The notes beneath the pieces are model-generated. The model made no database searches and was not told where the DNA came from. It saw only the letters and a list, made by a program, of their open reading frames with translations. Of a stretch of 64,000 nt of DNA, positions 1 through 9,082 are shown piece by piece. Source of the DNA: Gemmatimonadales bacterium. GTDB taxonomy: Bacteria; Gemmatimonadota; Gemmatimonadetes; Gemmatimonadales; GWC2-71-9. The number at the start of each line of letters is the position of its first letter. The first letter of the stretch is position 1. The translations under genes and the position numbers were made by a program. The stretch covers positions 16,098 through 80,097 of the forward strand of contig DATECF010000116.1 of the NCBI GenBank assembly GCA_035287045.1, in the 5' to 3' direction.

Positions 1-843
1 CGCGACCTCCGGGAACAGCGGCAGCGCGAAGCGCAGGAAGCCGTACGTGCCCATCTTGAGCAGAATGCCAGCCAGGATCACCGAGCCGGCGGTGGGCGCC
101 TCGACGTGCGCGTCCGGCAGCCAGGTGTGGAACGGGAACATGGGCACCTTGATGGCGAACGCCAGCGCGAAGGCCGCGAACAGCCAGAACGCCCAGGGCC
201 GCACGTATCCGATGTTCCGCCAGAGGTGTTCGTACGCGAACGAGGACTCGCCGGTGGCGCGCGCCACCGCGAAGTAGATGGTCAGGATCGCCACCAGCAT
301 CAGGAGCGATCCCAGGAAGGTGTACACGAAGAACTTGATGGCGGCGTACAGGCGGCTGGGACCGCCCCAGACCCCGATGATGAAGTACATCGGGATCAGC
401 ATGATCTCCCAGAACACGTAGAACACGAACAGGTCCAGCGCCACAAAGACGCCCATCATGCCCGTGGCCAGAACCAATAGCAGCGCGTAGTAGGGACGCT
501 CGTACTTGGTGATGTAGGTCCAGCTTCCCAGCACGGCGAGCGGCATGGTGAGCGTGGTGAGCAGTACCATGAACAGGGAGATGCCGTCCACCCCCAGCCG
601 GTAGGCGATCCCCCACTCGGGAATCCACTGGCGGACCACCTGGAACTGCATCGCGGCGGTGGGCTCGAAGGCCCACCACAGCCCCAGCGACACCGCGAAC
701 TCGGCGAGCGTGACGTACAGGGCCAGGCGTTTGGCCGCCGCGGGCGGGCTCAGCATCACCAGCACCGCGCCCAGCAGCGGCAGCAGCAGGATCGCGTCCA
801 GCGCCCAGCGCTGGTATCCCAGTCCGGTCAGGGCCGCGCTCAC
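1..843 (-). CDS. nuoM: NADH-quinone oxidoreductase subunit M (partial, runs off left edge)
   Basis: Hand translation from GTG at 843 gives a hydrophobic protein with WIPEWGIAYRLGVDGISLFMVLLTT; directly follows nuoL. Confidence 0.93.
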   Translation of the reverse strand, partial: MSAALTGLGYQRWALDAILLLPLLGAVLVMLSPPAAAKRLALYVTLAEFAVSLGLWWAFEPTAAMQFQVVRQWIPEWGIAYRLGVDGISLFMVLLTTLTMPLAVLGSWTYITKYERPYYALLLVLATGMMGVFVALDLFVFYVFWEIMLIPMYFIIGVWGGPSRLYAAIKFFVYTFLGSLLMLVAILTIYFAVARATGESSFAYEHLWRNIGYVRPWAFWLFAAFALAFAIKVPMFPFHTWLPDAHVEAPTAGSVILAGILLKMGTYGFLRFALPLFPEVA

Positions 844-847
844 GGGC

Positions 848-2836
848 TCAGGACCTCAGCAGGGCCCGGAGCAGCACGATGGTGCCCAGCACGAAGAAGA
901 CCACGTACATCCCCACCTGCCCGGTTTGCAGGCGGCTTCCCACCCAGCCGACGAGCCGTGCCACCCGGGCCACACCGTTCACCGCCACGCCGTCAATGAT
1001 GAATGCGTCAACCACCTTCCACAGCACTCGATCGGACACCCACGCGAGCGGCCGGACGAAGAGCGTGTCGTACAGCTCGTCCACGTAGTATTTCCGCAGC
1101 AGCACCCGTTGGATCCCGGTTTCGGCCGGCGCCTCACGCGCCGGTTTGAGCGCGGCGGGTTTGAGGAGCTGCCAGGCGCCGATCATGCCGACGGCGGCGA
1201 TGACCGTCGCCAGGGCCAGCAGGGTCCACTCGGTGCCGGCGCCCAGATGCGCCTCCACCAGGTACTCACCCCCCAGGGACGTGACCGGCTCGAGCCAGTG
1301 CACCAGCCACTCGTGTCCCGGGAGCACGGCGGGGAGGTTCACCACGCCGGCGACGACCGCGCCCACGGCCAGCACCACCAGCGGCCCGGTCATCACCCAC
1401 GGGGCGTCGTGAAGATGCCCCTGTTCCCGCTCGCCGGTCCGGTTGGGTCCGTGGAAGGTGTACACCAGGAGGCGCGTCATGTAGAACGCCGTAAGCAGGG
1501 CTCCGACGGCGCCGAGCGCCCAGAACACGTAGTAAATCCCCGCCTCATGGCCCCGGGCGAAGGTCCGCGCCAGGATGTCGTCCTTGGAGAAGAACCCCGC
1601 CAGCGGCGGCACGCCGATGTTCGCCAGCCCGCCGATCCACATCAGCGCCGCTGTCCATGGGAGATACCGTCGCAGGCCCCCCATGTTGCGGAGGTCCTGG
1701 GCGTCCTGGTGACTGCCGGTGTGGTGATACGCGTGATGCATGGCGTAGATCACACTTCCGGCGGCCAGGAACATCAGGGCCTTGAAGAAGGCGTGGGTGG
1801 CCAGGTGGAAGATGCCCGAGGCATACGCGCCCGCGCCCACGCCCAGGAACATGTACCCCAGCTGCGATACCGTGGAATACGCGATGATCTTCTTGATGTC
1901 CCACTGCTTGAGCGCGATGGTGGCGGCGAAGAGCGCGGTGAGGGCGCCTACGCCGGCCACGACGGCGCTGGAGATCGGCGCCATGGCGAACAGCACGTTG
2001 GACCGTGCCACGAGATACACGCCGGCGGTCACCATGGTCGCCGCGTGAATCAACGCCGACACCGGCGTGGGACCTGCCATGGCGTCCGGCAACCAGGTGT
2101 AGAGGGGGATCTGGGCGGACTTGCCGGTGCAGCCCAGGAACAACATCAGGGTGATGAGCGTGATGACCGGGCCACCCACCTCGAAGGTCGCGGGCGCGGC
2201 GGCGAAGACCTCGCGGAAGTCGAGGCTCCCCGTGGCCTGGAAGATCAGGAACATCGCCACCAGAAACCCGAAATCGCCGATGCGGTTCACGATAAACGCC
2301 TTCTTGCCGGCATCGGCGTTCACCTTGTCCTCGTACCAGAACCCGATCAGCAGATAGCTGCACAGGCCCACGCCCTCCCAGCCCACGAACATCACCGGGA
2401 AGTTGGCGCCGAGGACCAGCACCAGCATGAAGAACACGAAGAGGTTCAGGTAGGCGAAGTAGCGGGCGTAGCCGGGATCCTCGCCCATGTAGCCCACGGA
2501 ATAGATGTGGATCAACGCGCTCACGCCGGTCACGACCATCAGCATGACCGCCGAGAGCTGATCCACCTGGAAGGCAAAGTCCACCTGGAGGCTGCCCGCG
2601 GGCATCCACGACCAGTAGGTCAGAATCCAGGGCTCCTCCGGGGCGGCTGCTCCGACCGCGCGCACCACGACCAACGCGACGGCGAAGGCCGCGACCAGCA
2701 CCCCCACGCCCACGGCGCTGATGGCGCGCTTGGCATCGGGGCGGAAGAAGCTCAACGCGCCGTTCACCACGAACCCGGCGAGCGGCAGCGCCACCACCAG
2801 CCAGGTCCAGGCCACGGCCGACGGGATCTCGTTCAT
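848..2836 (-). CDS. nuoL: NADH-quinone oxidoreductase subunit L
   Basis: 662 aa, [35 protein letters not shown] and [11 protein letters not shown] motifs; ATGA overlap with nuoK. Confidence 0.97.
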   Translation of the reverse strand: MNEIPSAVAWTWLVVALPLAGFVVNGALSFFRPDAKRAISAVGVGVLVAAFAVALVVVRAVGAAAPEEPWILTYWSWMPAGSLQVDFAFQVDQLSAVMLMVVTGVSALIHIYSVGYMGEDPGYARYFAYLNLFVFFMLVLVLGANFPVMFVGWEGVGLCSYLLIGFWYEDKVNADAGKKAFIVNRIGDFGFLVAMFLIFQATGSLDFREVFAAAPATFEVGGPVITLITLMLFLGCTGKSAQIPLYTWLPDAMAGPTPVSALIHAATMVTAGVYLVARSNVLFAMAPISSAVVAGVGALTALFAATIALKQWDIKKIIAYSTVSQLGYMFLGVGAGAYASGIFHLATHAFFKALMFLAAGSVIYAMHHAYHHTGSHQDAQDLRNMGGLRRYLPWTAALMWIGGLANIGVPPLAGFFSKDDILARTFARGHEAGIYYVFWALGAVGALLTAFYMTRLLVYTFHGPNRTGEREQGHLHDAPWVMTGPLVVLAVGAVVAGVVNLPAVLPGHEWLVHWLEPVTSLGGEYLVEAHLGAGTEWTLLALATVIAAVGMIGAWQLLKPAALKPAREAPAETGIQRVLLRKYYVDELYDTLFVRPLAWVSDRVLWKVVDAFIIDGVAVNGVARVARLVGWVGSRLQTGQVGMYVVFFVLGTIVLLRALLRS

Positions 2837-3129
2837 CCCCGGAGCAGGTTGATGTCTTTGATATCCAGGGTCTGCTTGTGCCGGTAGATGGCCAGCACGA
2901 TCGCCAGACCCACGGCCGCTTCAGCCGCGGCCACCGCCATGACGAAGAACACGATCACCTGGCCGTCCGGCCCCAGCTGCTGGGCCAGGGCCACGAACGC
3001 CAGGTTGGCCGCGTTGAGCATCAACTCCACGCACATGAAGATGATGATCGCGTTCCGCCTGAGAAGAACGCCCGCCACGCCCAGACTGAACAGGATCGCG
3101 GAGACGGCGAGCGCCGGACCGAGCAGCAC
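2833..3129 (-). CDS. nuoK: NADH-quinone oxidoreductase subunit K
   Basis: 98 aa, [20 protein letters not shown] and [11 protein letters not shown] motifs. Confidence 0.97.
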   Translation of the reverse strand: MLLGPALAVSAILFSLGVAGVLLRRNAIIIFMCVELMLNAANLAFVALAQQLGPDGQVIVFFVMAVAAAEAAVGLAIVLAIYRHKQTLDIKDINLLRG

Positions 3130-3645
3130 TCAGAGCCTCCGCTTCGCGAGGACGACGGCGCCCACGATGGCCGCCACCAGCAGCATGGAGGTCACCTCGA
3201 ACGGCACCAGGTAGGTCCGGAACAGCGAGTCGCTGATGACGCCCACGACGCCCTGCTCCTGCGACGCCCGGCTCATGCTTCCGGCCGGGAGCTGGATCTG
3301 GCCCGCCAGCGGTGAACCCACCAGCACCCACAGCTCGACCACCAGCAGCAGGCCCAGCGCCAGCGCCACCAGCCGCCCGGCCCACCCGCGCATGTCGGTG
3401 GCGCGCTCCCGGCCGAGGTTGAGGAGCATGATCACGAAGAGGAACAACACCATGATGGCGCCGGCGTACACCATGACCTGCAACGCCGCGATGAACTGGG
3501 CGTCCAGGAGGACGAAGATGGCAGCCAGGCTGAACAGCGTCTCCACCAGCCACAGCGCGCTGGCCACGGGGCTGCGGCGGGTGATGCACATCAGCCCTCC
3601 CAACACCGCCAGCACCGCAAACAGCCAGAACGCCACCTGGGTCAT
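3130..3645 (-). CDS. nuoJ: NADH-quinone oxidoreductase subunit J
   Basis: QVMVYAGAIMVLFLFVIMLL and YLVPFEVTSMLL motifs; start moved to ATG 3645 because the ORF-track N-terminus is read from the upstream repeat. Confidence 0.95.
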   Translation of the reverse strand: MTQVAFWLFAVLAVLGGLMCITRRSPVASALWLVETLFSLAAIFVLLDAQFIAALQVMVYAGAIMVLFLFVIMLLNLGRERATDMRGWAGRLVALALGLLLVVELWVLVGSPLAGQIQLPAGSMSRASQEQGVVGVISDSLFRTYLVPFEVTSMLLVAAIVGAVVLAKRRL

Positions 3646-3651
3646 TTCACG

Positions 3652-3690
3652 CCCTTCCCCACCCCGGCATGACGGCATGACGGCATCATG
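3652..3690. repeat. 8-bp ATGACGGC tandem units plus CCCTTCCCCACC tail in nuoI-nuoJ spacer
   Basis: Units at 3669-3676 and 3677-3684; 3652-3671 matches 8431-8450 at 19/20 bases. Confidence 0.8.
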
Positions 3691-3693
3691 GCG

Positions 3694-4200
3694 CTACTCA
3701 CCCTTCGGATCCGACGGATCCCACAGCGTCGAGACTTCGTGGGTCTGCGCGCACAGCCGCTCCAAATCGTACACGAACCGGGACCGCTGGTACTCGGCGT
3801 TTTCGTAGTGCACGCCCACGTGGATCGCCTCTTCCGGACAGACTTCCTGACAATAGCCGCAGAAGATGCAGCGGAACTCGTCGATCTCGTAAATCAGCGG
3901 GTACCGGTGCCCTTCCTCGTCCTCTCCCGGCACCAGCTTGATGCAGTTGGCCGGGCAGATTTGCGGACAGAGGCCGCAGGCGACGCACTTGGCGCGCCCC
4001 TGCTCGTCGGTGAGCATGCGGTGGGTCCCGCGCCACCGGGGCGAGAGGGTCCACTCATCGGTGGATTTCTGTTCCGGGTATTCCATGGTGACCTTGGGCC
4101 GGAACACGTGGCCCAGCGTCACCGCCATGCCTTTGAGCGTGGCCCGCAGGTAGCTGACGCCGCTTGCCGGCCGGCGCACGACCTTGACGGCTATGGGCAT
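3694..4200 (-). CDS. nuoI: NADH-quinone oxidoreductase subunit I
   Basis: Two 4Fe-4S motifs CVACGLCPQICP and CIFCGYCQEVCP; start moved to ATG 4200. Confidence 0.96.
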   Translation of the reverse strand: MPIAVKVVRRPASGVSYLRATLKGMAVTLGHVFRPKVTMEYPEQKSTDEWTLSPRWRGTHRMLTDEQGRAKCVACGLCPQICPANCIKLVPGEDEEGHRYPLIYEIDEFRCIFCGYCQEVCPEEAIHVGVHYENAEYQRSRFVYDLERLCAQTHEVSTLWDPSDPKGE

Positions 4201-4214
4201 GGCCTCCCCCGTGT

Positions 4215-4312
4215 GCCGTCGTCCATCCCCCTCCATCGCCCTCCATCCTCCTCCATCCTCCCCGCGAGGGGGATGGAAGGGGATGGAGGGCGATGGAGGG
4301 GGATGAACGGCG
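4215..4312. repeat. 10-bp-period inverted repeat forming a long hairpin in nuoH-nuoI spacer
   Basis: CTCCATC-type units 4221-4260, CCCC-GCGA-GGGG apex at 4260-4271, GGATGGAGGG-type units 4271-4310. Confidence 0.85.
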
Positions 4313-4318
4313 CCCTGC

Positions 4319-5518
4319 TCATGCAACCACTCCTGCCCGCCGCCCCGCCCCCGCCAGCAGCCGCCCCCGGTCCAGCCCCCAGAGCAACCCCGCCGTCGCC
4401 ACCACGTTCACGCCGATGAGCACCGGCACCTCCGGCGCGCCCGTCCGGTCCGCACCCCAGACGACGAACGCGATCACGACGATGTACCCGAGGGCCACGG
4501 GCAGCATGACCTTCCAGCCCAGCTCCATGAGCTGGTCGAACCGGAATCGCGGCAGCGTCCACCGGATCCAGATGTAGCACAACAGGAAGAAGGTGGCCTT
4601 GGCCCCGAACGCCAGGAGCGTGGCGGCGAAGCGCGCGATCGACGGCGGCCCTTCGTCCCATTCGGTGAACGGAATGTCCCAGCCGCCGAAGAACAGCGTG
4701 GCGATCAGGCACGACATGGTGATCATCGCGGCGTACTCCGCGATGAAGAACATCGAGAACTTCATCGCCGAGTATTCCGTGTGGTACCCGGTGACCAGCT
4801 CGGCCTCGGCCTCGGGCAGGTCGAACGGCAGGCGGTTGGTCTCCGCGAAGGCGGCGATCAGAAACAACACGAACGCCACCGTCAGCGCGAGGACGAACCA
4901 CACCGTCCGCTGCTGGGCGGCGACCACCTCCGTGAGCGTCACGTTCCCGCTCAGGAGGAACACGGTGATGACGCTCAGGCCCAGCGCGACCTCGTAGCTG
5001 ATCATCTGCGAGCTGGACCGGATGCCGCCGAGCATGGCGTACTTGCTGGCCGACGACCACCCGGCGAGCACGATACCGTACACCCCCAGGGAGGAGATCG
5101 CCAGGACGAACAAGAAGCCGATGGGCAGGTCGGCAACGACCATGGGGATGGGCCCGTGGTAGGTGAACCGGCCCACCACCGGAAGCGTGAAATCGAACCC
5201 GGGCAGCGGCGCCGCGAGGGGAATGACCGCGAAGGTGATGAGGGACGGGATGAATGACATGAGCGGTGCGAGGAGGAAGAGCGGCCGATCCACCCACTTG
5301 GGCCAGGTCTCTTCCTTCAGGAAGTTCTTGAGCCCGTCCGCCACGGGCTGCAGCAGGCCTGCCGGGCCCACGCGATTGGGTCCCAGCCGATCCTGCATGA
5401 AGGCGCTGCCCCGGCGCTCCAGCCAGGTCGCCAACATCACGCCCACCATCCAGACCGAGAACACCGCCACCACCTTCACCGTGGCGGCCACCAGGAAGCC
5501 CTTGAGCTCGGGCGTCAC
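4319..5518 (-). CDS. nuoH: NADH-quinone oxidoreductase subunit H
   Basis: QDRLGPNRVGPAGLLQPVADGLK and AETNRLPFDLPEAEAELV motifs; GTG start overlapping nuoG stop; 399 aa. Confidence 0.96.
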   Translation of the reverse strand: MTPELKGFLVAATVKVVAVFSVWMVGVMLATWLERRGSAFMQDRLGPNRVGPAGLLQPVADGLKNFLKEETWPKWVDRPLFLLAPLMSFIPSLITFAVIPLAAPLPGFDFTLPVVGRFTYHGPIPMVVADLPIGFLFVLAISSLGVYGIVLAGWSSASKYAMLGGIRSSSQMISYEVALGLSVITVFLLSGNVTLTEVVAAQQRTVWFVLALTVAFVLFLIAAFAETNRLPFDLPEAEAELVTGYHTEYSAMKFSMFFIAEYAAMITMSCLIATLFFGGWDIPFTEWDEGPPSIARFAATLLAFGAKATFFLLCYIWIRWTLPRFRFDQLMELGWKVMLPVALGYIVVIAFVVWGADRTGAPEVPVLIGVNVVATAGLLWGLDRGRLLAGAGRRAGVVA

Positions 5519-7101
5519 GCGCCCACTCCCGCAGACCGGCCTGCCGGCAAGACGACGCCGCGCGTGCCCAGCAGGTCGTAGGACAGGCCGCCAAACCGCG
5601 GCTCTTCCGCCGCCAGCCAGGCGAACGCCTCGGCCGCGGACCCGAAGGGACCGCCCAGCTCCATCTCGGCGAGGAGCGCCCCCAGGACCCACCAGGCCGG
5701 CCGCGCCATGCCGGGCGCCGCTTTGGCCTGGAAGTACCGCTGCACCCGATGGTCGCGGTTGACGAAGGTGCCTTCCTCTTCCGCCACGCTGGCCATGGGC
5801 AGCGCGACCTGCGCCGCGCGAGCCGCGTCCGGCAGAACCGTCCCGAGGTAGATGACCTGGCCGGCCGCCCGCAGGCGATCCGCGGTAACGCCGTCCAGCG
5901 GGAGGTCCACCACCAGCACTACCGCCGCCCCGTCCACCGCCCGCAGCGCGTCCTCATAGCCCTCGGTGTATCCCAGGAGGGTGGCGCCGGCGACGTTGGG
6001 AGCCCGCTCGCCGCGCAACGCGAGGTTGGGCACCCCCGCCAGCGGAATCTCCTCCGGAACGCGCTCCACCTTCACCGCCGCGGTGAGCTCAAAACGCGCC
6101 AGCAAGCGCTTGGCCAGAAACAGCGCTTCGGTGGACGCCCGGGCGGACGCCAGCATCACAGCCCGGCCCCCAGCGCCCCGAAGGATTTCGCCGGCGCGCG
6201 CCAACGCGTGATCCCACGACACCCCCGCCAGCTCGCGCGCCTGCGCCACCAGCGGCGCCTCCATGCGGTCCCCACGATTCAGCCACCGGTATTGCGCCCG
6301 GCCGTGGTCGCACATGAAGTACTGGTTGACCTCGAGGTTGGTGCGGGGCCGCATCCGCACGACCACGTCGTTGCGGGTGTCCAGGTTGACGTTGCATCCC
6401 TGCGAGCAGCCGGTACAGACGCTGGCGGTCTTGTCCAGTTCCCAGGCCCGCGCCTTGTGCAGGAAGTCCTTGGAGAGCAGCGAGCCCACCGGGCACAGAT
6501 CCACCACGTTGCCAGCCCACGGGTGATCCAGCTGCCGGTCCGGGTGGATGCCGATGTACGCCCGGTCACCGCGCTCGCTGACGTTGAGGATCGGCTCCTC
6601 GGCCACGTGCTCCATGAACCGCACGCACCGGGTGCAGAGGATGCAGCGGTTGGGCACGTACAGCACGTCGCCGCCGAAGTCCTCCACCGGATTGAAGCGC
6701 TTGGCGTACGTGGGTGTATAGCGGGTCCTCGCCCGGCCTTCCTGGAAGACGTAATCCTGCAGCTCGCATTCGCCGGCCTGATCGCAGATGGGACAATCCA
6801 GCGGGTGGTTAATGAGCAACAACTCGAGGACCCCCTTGCGGGCCTCCTTCGCCTGCGCGCTGAGCACGTTGACCACCATGCCCTCGGCGACCGGGGTGGC
6901 GCAGGCGATCTGGAGCTTGGGCGTTTTCTCGATCTCCACCAGGCACATGCGGCACACGCCGGCCACCGGCAGCCCGGAGTGGTAGCAGTAGTGCGGGATC
7001 ATCACGCCCGCCTGCTTGGCCGCCTCGATCACCATCGTGCCCCTCGGCACGCTGACCGGGACCCCCTCAATCGTCAGGTTGACCAACGGCTGGTCGGCCA
7101 T
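5515..7101 (-). CDS. nuoG: NADH-quinone oxidoreductase subunit G (short form, 528 aa)
   Basis: CYH...CRMC, HPLDCPICDQAGEC, CILCTRCVRF and CTGCSQGC Fe-S motifs. Confidence 0.94.
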   Translation of the reverse strand: MADQPLVNLTIEGVPVSVPRGTMVIEAAKQAGVMIPHYCYHSGLPVAGVCRMCLVEIEKTPKLQIACATPVAEGMVVNVLSAQAKEARKGVLELLLINHPLDCPICDQAGECELQDYVFQEGRARTRYTPTYAKRFNPVEDFGGDVLYVPNRCILCTRCVRFMEHVAEEPILNVSERGDRAYIGIHPDRQLDHPWAGNVVDLCPVGSLLSKDFLHKARAWELDKTASVCTGCSQGCNVNLDTRNDVVVRMRPRTNLEVNQYFMCDHGRAQYRWLNRGDRMEAPLVAQARELAGVSWDHALARAGEILRGAGGRAVMLASARASTEALFLAKRLLARFELTAAVKVERVPEEIPLAGVPNLALRGERAPNVAGATLLGYTEGYEDALRAVDGAAVVLVVDLPLDGVTADRLRAAGQVIYLGTVLPDAARAAQVALPMASVAEEEGTFVNRDHRVQRYFQAKAAPGMARPAWWVLGALLAEMELGGPFGSAAEAFAWLAAEEPRFGGLSYDLLGTRGVVLPAGRSAGVGA

Positions 7102-7104
7102 CGC

Positions 7105-8418
7105 TCACGCATGCACCAGGACCGGCCGCGGCCGCCTGGTGCCGTTGATGTAGGCTTCGAATTCACCGCGGAACTTCTTGATGCCGCTCACCACCGGGGC
7201 GGCGCAGGAGTCGCTCAACACGCAGATCGTCTTCCCCGTCATCTGCTCCGAAAGGTCCAGCAGCAGGTCCAGGTCCTTCAGCTCCCCCTGCCCAGCCAGG
7301 ATCCGCTGCAGGATGCGCACGGTCCACGCGGTGCCTTCCCGGCACTGGGTGCACTGGGCGCAGGATTCGTGCGCGTAGAACCGGGCCAGGCGCATGATCT
7401 GGTAGACCATGTCGGCGGTGTCGTCGAACACGATGAGGCCGCCCGAGCCCAGCATGGTGCCTTGTTCCACGCACCCTTCGTAGTCCAGCTTGCAGCTCTC
7501 GGACTCTTCTCGCGTCAGGATGGGCACCGAGGAGCCGCCCGGGATGCAGGCCTTGAGGGTTCGGCCGTCCGGCACGCCGCCGGCGAGCTCATGAATCAGC
7601 TCACCCAGCGGGAAGCCCATGGTGATCTCGTAGTTGCCCGGGCGCTTCACGTTGCCGCACACACTGAACAGCTTGGTGCCCGTGCTCCTGGGGTTGGAGA
7701 GGCTGAGGGCCTTGTACCAGGCGGCGCCGCGGTTGATGATGTGCGGGACCGACGTCAGGGTCTCCACGTTGTTGATCGTGGTCGGCATCCCAAAGACGCC
7801 CTGCGCCGCGGGGAACGGCGGCCGAATGCGGGGATTCCCGCGGCGGCCCTCGATCGAGTTCATGAGAGCGGTTTCCTCGCCGCAGATGTAAGCCCCGGCG
7901 CCGCGGTGGACGTACATGTCCAGGCGCTTGCCGCTCCCCATGGCGTTGGGCCCGAGGACCTTTTTCTTGTAGGCCTCGGCCAGGGCCTCTTCCATGACGC
8001 GGATCGGCTCGGTGAACTCCCCTCGGATGTAGATGTAGGTGACCTCGGCCTGGATGGCGTACTGCGCGATGGCGCAGCCCTCGATCAACCCGTGTGGGGT
8101 CCAGCGCATGATCTCCCGGTCCTTGAACGTGCCGGGCTCCGACTCGTCGGCGTTGCAGCACAGGTAATGCGGTTTTCTCTTCTCCTTGGGCATGAAGGAC
8201 CACTTCACGCCCGCTGGGAACCCCGCCCCGCCGCGTCCGCGCAGGCCGGACTCTTTGACGATCTCGATCACCTGCGCCGGCTCCATGGCCAGCGCCTGCT
8301 TCAGCGCCTGATACCCGCCCCGCTTCACCCAGCCGTCGTACCTCCGCGCTTCGGCGTCCCCGAAGTACTGGCTGAGGACCACCGTCTCGTTGGGATGCGG
8401 CTTATGGGGGTAGCCCAT
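7105..8418 (-). CDS. nuoF: NADH-quinone oxidoreductase subunit F
   Basis: GLRGRGGAGF, NADESEPGTFKDR, GAGAYICGEETAL, ESCAQCTQCREG; start moved to ATG 8418. Confidence 0.97.
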   Translation of the reverse strand: MGYPHKPHPNETVVLSQYFGDAEARRYDGWVKRGGYQALKQALAMEPAQVIEIVKESGLRGRGGAGFPAGVKWSFMPKEKRKPHYLCCNADESEPGTFKDREIMRWTPHGLIEGCAIAQYAIQAEVTYIYIRGEFTEPIRVMEEALAEAYKKKVLGPNAMGSGKRLDMYVHRGAGAYICGEETALMNSIEGRRGNPRIRPPFPAAQGVFGMPTTINNVETLTSVPHIINRGAAWYKALSLSNPRSTGTKLFSVCGNVKRPGNYEITMGFPLGELIHELAGGVPDGRTLKACIPGGSSVPILTREESESCKLDYEGCVEQGTMLGSGGLIVFDDTADMVYQIMRLARFYAHESCAQCTQCREGTAWTVRILQRILAGQGELKDLDLLLDLSEQMTGKTICVLSDSCAAPVVSGIKKFRGEFEAYINGTRRPRPVLVHA

Positions 8419-8430
8419 TATGCCACCCTT

Positions 8431-8580
8431 CCCTTCCCCACCGCGGCATGGCATGACGGCGTGACGGCAAAACGGCATGACGGCATAACGGCATTCGTGC
8501 CCCTGCCGCTATGCCGTGGGGCGGCGGGGCGGCTGGGCTGGGATGCCGTGGGGTGGTCGGGTCGGGTGCGGGGGTGCCGT
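8431..8580. repeat. 8-bp repeat cluster with inverted copies in nuoE-nuoF spacer
   Basis: Five degenerate ATGACGGC units at 8453-8492; inverted ATGCCGT at 8511-8517 and 8543-8549. Confidence 0.8.
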
Positions 8581-8584
8581 TGCA

Positions 8585-9082
8585 TCATTGGTACTCCCTC
8601 AACAGCCCAGGCACCTTCTCCGGCGTGACATGCTCGACAAAGTCATCGCCGATCATCACCGGCGTCGCGAAGCCACAGGCACCGAGGCATTCGACCTCGA
8701 TCACGGTGTATTTCCCGTCCGGCGAGGTGGCCCCAAGCTCCTTGCAGCCGGTATGCTCCAGGAAGGCTTTGACCACGCCCTCGGCACCGCACAGGTTGCA
8801 CGGGGTGGTGGTGCACACCTGCACGAAGTGCTTTCCCACCGGATGCTGGTGATACATGGTGTAGAACGTCACCACGCCCTTCACGTACGCGGGCGTGAGG
8901 CCCAACACTTCCGCGACCTCGGCCATGGCGTGATCCGAGATCCAGCCCCGCGCCTGCTGCACCATCCACAACGCGGGGAGGAGCCCGGCCCGTTTGGTCG
9001 CGTAGCGCGTGAGCAGCTTCTCGAGCTCCTTCAATCGCTCGCCCGTGAAGACCGGTTCGTAGGCCGTGGCCTGGTGCGTCAT
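8585..9082 (-). CDS. nuoE: NADH-quinone oxidoreductase subunit E
   Basis: VCTTTPCNLCG and ECLGACG 2Fe-2S motifs, VVTFYTMY. Confidence 0.96.
   Translation of the reverse strand: MTHQATAYEPVFTGERLKELEKLLTRYATKRAGLLPALWMVQQARGWISDHAMAEVAEVLGLTPAYVKGVVTFYTMYHQHPVGKHFVQVCTTTPCNLCGAEGVVKAFLEHTGCKELGATSPDGKYTVIEVECLGACGFATPVMIGDDFVEHVTPEKVPGLLREYQ

Noticed and set aside
4215-4312. Hairpin as an intrinsic terminator
   Set aside because: No U-tract on either strand and it lies between co-transcribed nuoH and nuoI
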